Shown here in pieces: positions 55,275 to 58,979 of a DNA stretch of 58,979 nucleotides. A model generated the notes under the pieces. The model worked only from the letters and a program-made list of their open reading frames with translations. It made no database searches and was not told the origin of the DNA. Both the position numbers and the translations under genes were made by a program. This DNA comes from Methanothrix sp. (GTDB lineage Archaea; Halobacteriota; Methanosarcinia; Methanotrichales; Methanotrichaceae): assembly GCA_040770465.1 (NCBI GenBank), contig JAXGJB010000013.1, positions 1 to 58,979 of the forward strand, in the 5' to 3' direction. Every line of letters begins with the position of its first letter. Positions within the stretch are counted from its first letter, which is position 1.

Positions 55275-56289
55275 TAGGATCTTCCTCCAATCCCAAAAGA
55301 GTCCGCAAAAACACGTTTACATCGTTGTTGTCTCGGATAACGGTATCACGAGCTGAATTCATCTCTCGCCAGACCTGGATATTGTATTTTTCTCTCAAGG
55401 TCAAGTAGATAGCCTGCACGATAGCATTCCGATTTTCAAAATTCTGGGCGCTTGGTAGTTCTTTCGGAATCCATCCCCAAACCCGCATCTCATTGTTGCT
55501 ATTGTATGGGCGGGACATCTTAACCTTCGCAGCTATCCGCTCATTCCTGTTTGTTGTGCCCATAACGAAGTGGCGCAATTTCGTGTCGTTCTCATCCTCA
55601 AACAGCCGCCGCAAGTCGTACTTCAAGTTGAACGTTTCATTTTCGTCGAAAGGCCTCCCATCCTTAGAAGAAACGCGCGCCAGAAAGACGTTTTGCAGGG
55701 AAGGTAATTCTGGATCCTGAGGATTGCTTGCAACTGTTTGTAGCCGATTATAGAGCGGTTGGGTGTCAACTCTGCCGTTTGCAAGTTCAATGACCCCAAA
55801 ACCCATTTGCACCCGCGCGCCGATCCCAGCCCAATCAGCGATGAACTGAACAAGGCCAGCAACGACTTCTGGACGGAAATCCGTCGCCAAGCTTTGGATC
55901 TGTATCGTAAGCTTGCCTGAGCGTGGTTTGTCATTTAGTTTTGCTGGAAAATACCATTTAGACGTGTGTCTGGTCTTCCAGATTTGAACATTTTTAACTC
56001 GTCCGTCTGGATACAAGCCTGTATCCCGAATAACCAATCGAAACCTGCGCTTCCAACCGGTGGCTCCAAAGACCCGACAGACGTCGCACAGGCCCTCATG
56101 GTCCTTTTCTTCGTCAAAGGCACAATCTGCCTTACTTGGATCACATGCATCTCCACCCAGGCCCCGAACAATGACCTCATACCACCAGCGCATACTACCG
56201 ATTATGCCTGTTTCGTGGATGCGATCCACTTTGCCCGCTTGCACCCCGCCAGTCCATAGAGGCGTAAGAGTTTGAATTCTAACATCCAT
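55267..56289 (-). CDS. cmr1: type III-B/C RAMP Cmr1
   Basis: TLTPLWTGG, ETGIIGSMRWWYE, C.VC.VFGATG, GIGAR..GFG; start reassigned to ATG 56289. Confidence 0.9.
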   Translation of the reverse strand: MDVRIQTLTPLWTGGVQAGKVDRIHETGIIGSMRWWYEVIVRGLGGDACDPSKADCAFDEEKDHEGLCDVCRVFGATGWKRRFRLVIRDTGLYPDGRVKNVQIWKTRHTSKWYFPAKLNDKPRSGKLTIQIQSLATDFRPEVVAGLVQFIADWAGIGARVQMGFGVIELANGRVDTQPLYNRLQTVASNPQDPELPSLQNVFLARVSSKDGRPFDENETFNLKYDLRRLFEDENDTKLRHFVMGTTNRNERIAAKVKMSRPYNSNNEMRVWGWIPKELPSAQNFENRNAIVQAIYLTLREKYNIQVWREMNSARDTVIRDNNDVNVFLRTLLGLEEDPNA

Positions 56290-56324
56290 AATAATTTCCT
56301 GCCATATAGTCGATCTCCATCCAC

Positions 56325-56525
56325 AAACCCCCCCATCCCGAAGTGTGCCCCGCGCCCCAGCGCCACCGGCCCCCGGACGGATTCTGCAAACTCGATCCGG
56401 AAGCCGTACCCGGCGGACCCCGCCCGTCGCCACAGGTTCGCGCCCTCCGGAAGCTCGACCAGCCGACCCTCTCCCCGGCGATCTCGGTGGAGGTGACCGG
56501 CTCGACGGCCTCCAGGAATCCTGCG
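56325..56525 (-). pseudogene. csb2: diverged duplicate of the csb2 3' end (Cas6 glycine loop), frameshifted
   Basis: aligns by eye with ~57394-57605; 7-bp deletion in the GDGRRAG segment. Confidence 0.85.
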
Positions 56526-56550
56526 ATGCTCAGATGTTCAAACTCCATCT

Positions 56551-56892
56551 TCAGGTCACCTCCTTCCAGGGGTCCCAGTAAATGTGAACCAGCACATTTC
56601 GAAATCCAGCCAGGTCGGAGAGGTCTGCCGCCAGATCCCCGGATATCAATCCGGCCTGGGCGAGAATCTCAAAGCCCTCCCGGTAGGTCGCAGGTCTCCG
56701 CAGGCCGTCTTGCGATATCAGATGGGTGCAGATGTCTATTGCCGCCTGAATGCTGACCAGCATGGCATGCAATATCATATTCCTCCTGTCCCTGTCCCTG
56801 TCCTTCCTGAGATCCTCCAGAGGATACTGCTGATACCTTTCCCAGTCCTTCAAGGATTCATCCAGCTCTCTCAGATGCAATAACACTCGCAT
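56551..56892 (-). CDS. HEPN/DUF86 toxin, apparently lacking the last helix
   Basis: IQAAIDICTH, P.TYRE.F..L, AGFRNVLVHIY, then an abrupt end. Confidence 0.8.
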   Translation of the reverse strand: MRVLLHLRELDESLKDWERYQQYPLEDLRKDRDRDRRNMILHAMLVSIQAAIDICTHLISQDGLRRPATYREGFEILAQAGLISGDLAADLSDLAGFRNVLVHIYWDPWKEVT

Positions 56893-56897
56893 TTTAG

Positions 56898-57302
56898 TTA
56901 GGTCCTCGCCAGAAAGGCTTGATCAAGATATTCGTACATATACCTCAGGTCCAGGTATTCAGAGATGAGGTGGGCCTCATAGTTCACTCTCTCCACCTCC
57001 CCTCGTTGCAGTACCACTGTTCCCTTGCTGATCACCTCGTACTGGAAATAAACGGGAGCATAGTTGAGGACCCTGACATCAAATTCAAACCTGGGCTCAA
57101 TTCCCTCTTCAAGAGCCCTGGCCGTTCTTTGAGAAAGCTTGAACCTTTGATAAGGAGCCAGTTCCTTGCCCAGATGGACGGCCACATCAATATCGTGAAA
57201 GTCCTCTCTATCCAAAAAAGATCCGAAAACGTAGGCAAGGTCGATCTCCTTGAATCCTCTCAGGATAGAAGAGATGCACTTAAGAACTTCGGCCCTTTCC
57301 AT
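56898..57302 (-). CDS. MNT antitoxin (MntA-like)
   Basis: AYVFGSFL...DIDVAV...DVRVLN.AP..FQYEVI..G. Confidence 0.9.
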   Translation of the reverse strand: MERAEVLKCISSILRGFKEIDLAYVFGSFLDREDFHDIDVAVHLGKELAPYQRFKLSQRTARALEEGIEPRFEFDVRVLNYAPVYFQYEVISKGTVVLQRGEVERVNYEAHLISEYLDLRYMYEYLDQAFLART

Positions 57303-57342
57303 CTGACAATCCTCCTTATCCTTCTTCTGAGCAATTGCACAT

Positions 57343-58377
57343 TCAAATGATAATACTTTTTCCTAGATCGATGTATCTGGGCTCCACTGCCTTAAACCCC
57401 CCCATCCCGAAGTGCGCCCCGTACCCCAGCGCCACCGGCCCCCGGATGGATTCTGCAAACTCGATCCGAAAGCCGTACCCGGCCGACCCCGCCCTTCTCC
57501 CGTCGCCGCAGGTTCGCGCCCTCCGGAAGCTCGACCAGCTGACCCTCTCCCCGGCGATCTCGGTGAAGGATACCGGCTCTACGGCCACCGGCTCTGGAAA
57601 CCCGGCGAGGTCGAGGAGCCTTCGAAGCTCGTGCTCGGGGCTTCCGATCTGGATGCCGCTTGCGGGGTCGATCTTCGGCACACCCGCCCGGGTCGCCTTG
57701 GGGTGTCTTGTGGGGATGAAGGGCGTCCGCGAGACCCACGACCGGGACTCTGCCAGGAGGGGGGACTCGCCCCTGGCGGCATCGGTCCCGCCGAAGTTCT
57801 CAGGGCGGCCCAGGCCCGAAAGGGCGAGCTGGAGATCGAGCCCCGAGCCTCCGACCTCCCGGAGGGCCTCCAGGGCTCCGATCTCCCGGGAGCCGAAGCC
57901 CGCGGGCGCGTAGACGGTGACGGAGGTGACCTCGCCGCCCATGCCGCGGCCCAGGGCCTGAACCGACTCGGGGAGGATGAAGGCGTGAATGTGTCCCGAG
58001 AGCGGCCTTCGGTCATCGTCGCAGCCGGTGAAGGTCGCCGAGCCGTCCGACAGTTCGACGAGGGCGGCGTGGACCCGCTCCGCGAGGGTGATGGCGTCGA
58101 CGAGCCTCGGGGCTGGCCGGCTGCCGAATAGGAAGAACCTCGCCACCGTGGGGCGGCCCGTCGCCGCCGCCCTGCGGCGGAGATGGCCAGGGGCATATCG
58201 GCGCGCGCGGCGGCGTCCCAAATCATCGAAGACGGGGAGCTTCGCCATCGAAGGAGGGGCTACTCTATCTTCAAAAGAACGGCTGGTATCGACAGCTTCA
58301 AGCTCCTCTTCCGTCTCTAGGAACTTGGATAATCTCGCCTCTGCACCAGGTCCGGATGAACTCAATCTCCCCTCCAA
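57343..58377 (-). CDS. csb2: type I-G Csb2, C-terminal Cas6 domain only (N-terminal Cas5 part missing)
   Basis: LAERVHAAL, GHIHAFILP, WVSRTPF, GYGFRIEF...GPVALGYGAHFGMGGF; first ~70 aa of the ORF look non-homologous. Confidence 0.8.
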   Translation of the reverse strand: MEGRLSSSGPGAEARLSKFLETEEELEAVDTSRSFEDRVAPPSMAKLPVFDDLGRRRARRYAPGHLRRRAAATGRPTVARFFLFGSRPAPRLVDAITLAERVHAALVELSDGSATFTGCDDDRRPLSGHIHAFILPESVQALGRGMGGEVTSVTVYAPAGFGSREIGALEALREVGGSGLDLQLALSGLGRPENFGGTDAARGESPLLAESRSWVSRTPFIPTRHPKATRAGVPKIDPASGIQIGSPEHELRRLLDLAGFPEPVAVEPVSFTEIAGERVSWSSFRRARTCGDGRRAGSAGYGFRIEFAESIRGPVALGYGAHFGMGGFKAVEPRYIDLGKSIII

Positions 58378-58499
58378 ACTGACCGATTTAATGCTCTCAG
58401 ATCTTGCAGGCTTCGCCGTCCCTCATCGGTCAAATTGAATGCCTGTTCTTGGATAAAAGGCTAATCCCGACCTGCCTCAAGAAGAATGTGACGGCCTGA

Positions 58500-58717
58500 C
58501 CGAATCAGAACGGAACGCCGCCAGAATACGGTGAAGGTGGACCGAGTCGTCCTTCTTCATAGAGGAGCACCATATAGCACCATATAGCACCATATCAACT
58601 ATCTTTCTCAGCGCGAGGCCGGACGAAGGGGCTCAAGGCCCACTCGCTGACCAGCTCCACCTCTCGGCCCAGAATCCGTTTCAGTTCCTCTTCGAGGCCA
58701 AACCACTTGAGTCCCAG
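58500..58717 (-). pseudogene. remnant MNT-HEPN pair (MNT 3' half paralogous to 46808-47107; HEPN N-terminus MKKDDSVHLHRIL)
   Basis: LGLKWFGLEEELKRILGREVELVSE.ALSPFVRPR nearly identical to the 46808 gene; disrupted by a stop and a 10-bp AGCACCATAT x3 repeat (58566-58595). Confidence 0.8.
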
Positions 58718-58979
58718 GAAACCTCAGATAAACTCAAAATCAGTGAAATCAGTGAGTCAGTTCTCAGCAAGAATCTAAACGTGCCTTATTGTGGAGCCGT
58801 CCGATCTCGTCTCTATACCTTCTCTCCAGGCGCGAGATTCGCGTTTCCGCCACCACCTTATCAAGTCATCAAGTCAGACGGAACTTAAAAATGAAGACGT
58901 CCGGAGGGAAAAATAAGAAGAAAAGGCTTAATGCTGGCATATTCGCCAGCCTGAAATCGCCTCCTTCATCCATTAAACT

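Noticed and set aside
1-58979. tRNA/rRNA genes, integrase, prophage
   Set aside because: None recognised by eye; tRNAscan/Infernal not run

Overview
GC-rich archaeal DNA, most likely from a Methanosarcinales/Methanotrichales methanogen. A Methanothrix-like host is inferred from the fwd genes, tfx and the DUF11-type surface protein. The window has three blocks. (1) 0-25.5 kb, metal/cofactor acquisition: tfx, a tungstate ABC transporter (tupABC), then a large cell-surface cluster. The cluster encodes an alpha/alpha-barrel + DUF4430-like giant surface protein, a tandem-DUF4430 protein, three secreted PQQ-like beta-propellers, a secreted and membrane-anchored CobN-like chelatase, and DUF2162 / MotA-TolQ-ExbB / DUF2149 (hmuSTUV-like). 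It is followed by an unannotated 41-aa His/Cys-rich peptide gene. (2) 25.5-41.2 kb, metabolism: a fwdF-A-C-D-B operon running directly into fdhA-fdhD-DUF364, two FmdE-family genes, an epimerase and an aldehyde dehydrogenase. (3) 41.2-59 kb, a mosaic CRISPR/toxin-antitoxin defence island: 5'-truncated cas1, cas2, a 2-spacer array interrupted by TA modules, an orphan repeat, an IS5-family element, a membrane-anchored half-SAVED protein, csx3, several MNT-HEPN pairs, a complete lower-GC type III-C module whose Cas10 lacks GGDD, and a Cas6-only remnant of type I-G csb2. The most promising candidates are the archaeal extracellular tetrapyrrole/metal-scavenging system with its His-rich peptide, and the cyclase-dead III-C complex sitting next to cOA-type signalling genes. 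All family assignments come from motif recognition by eye, not database searches.
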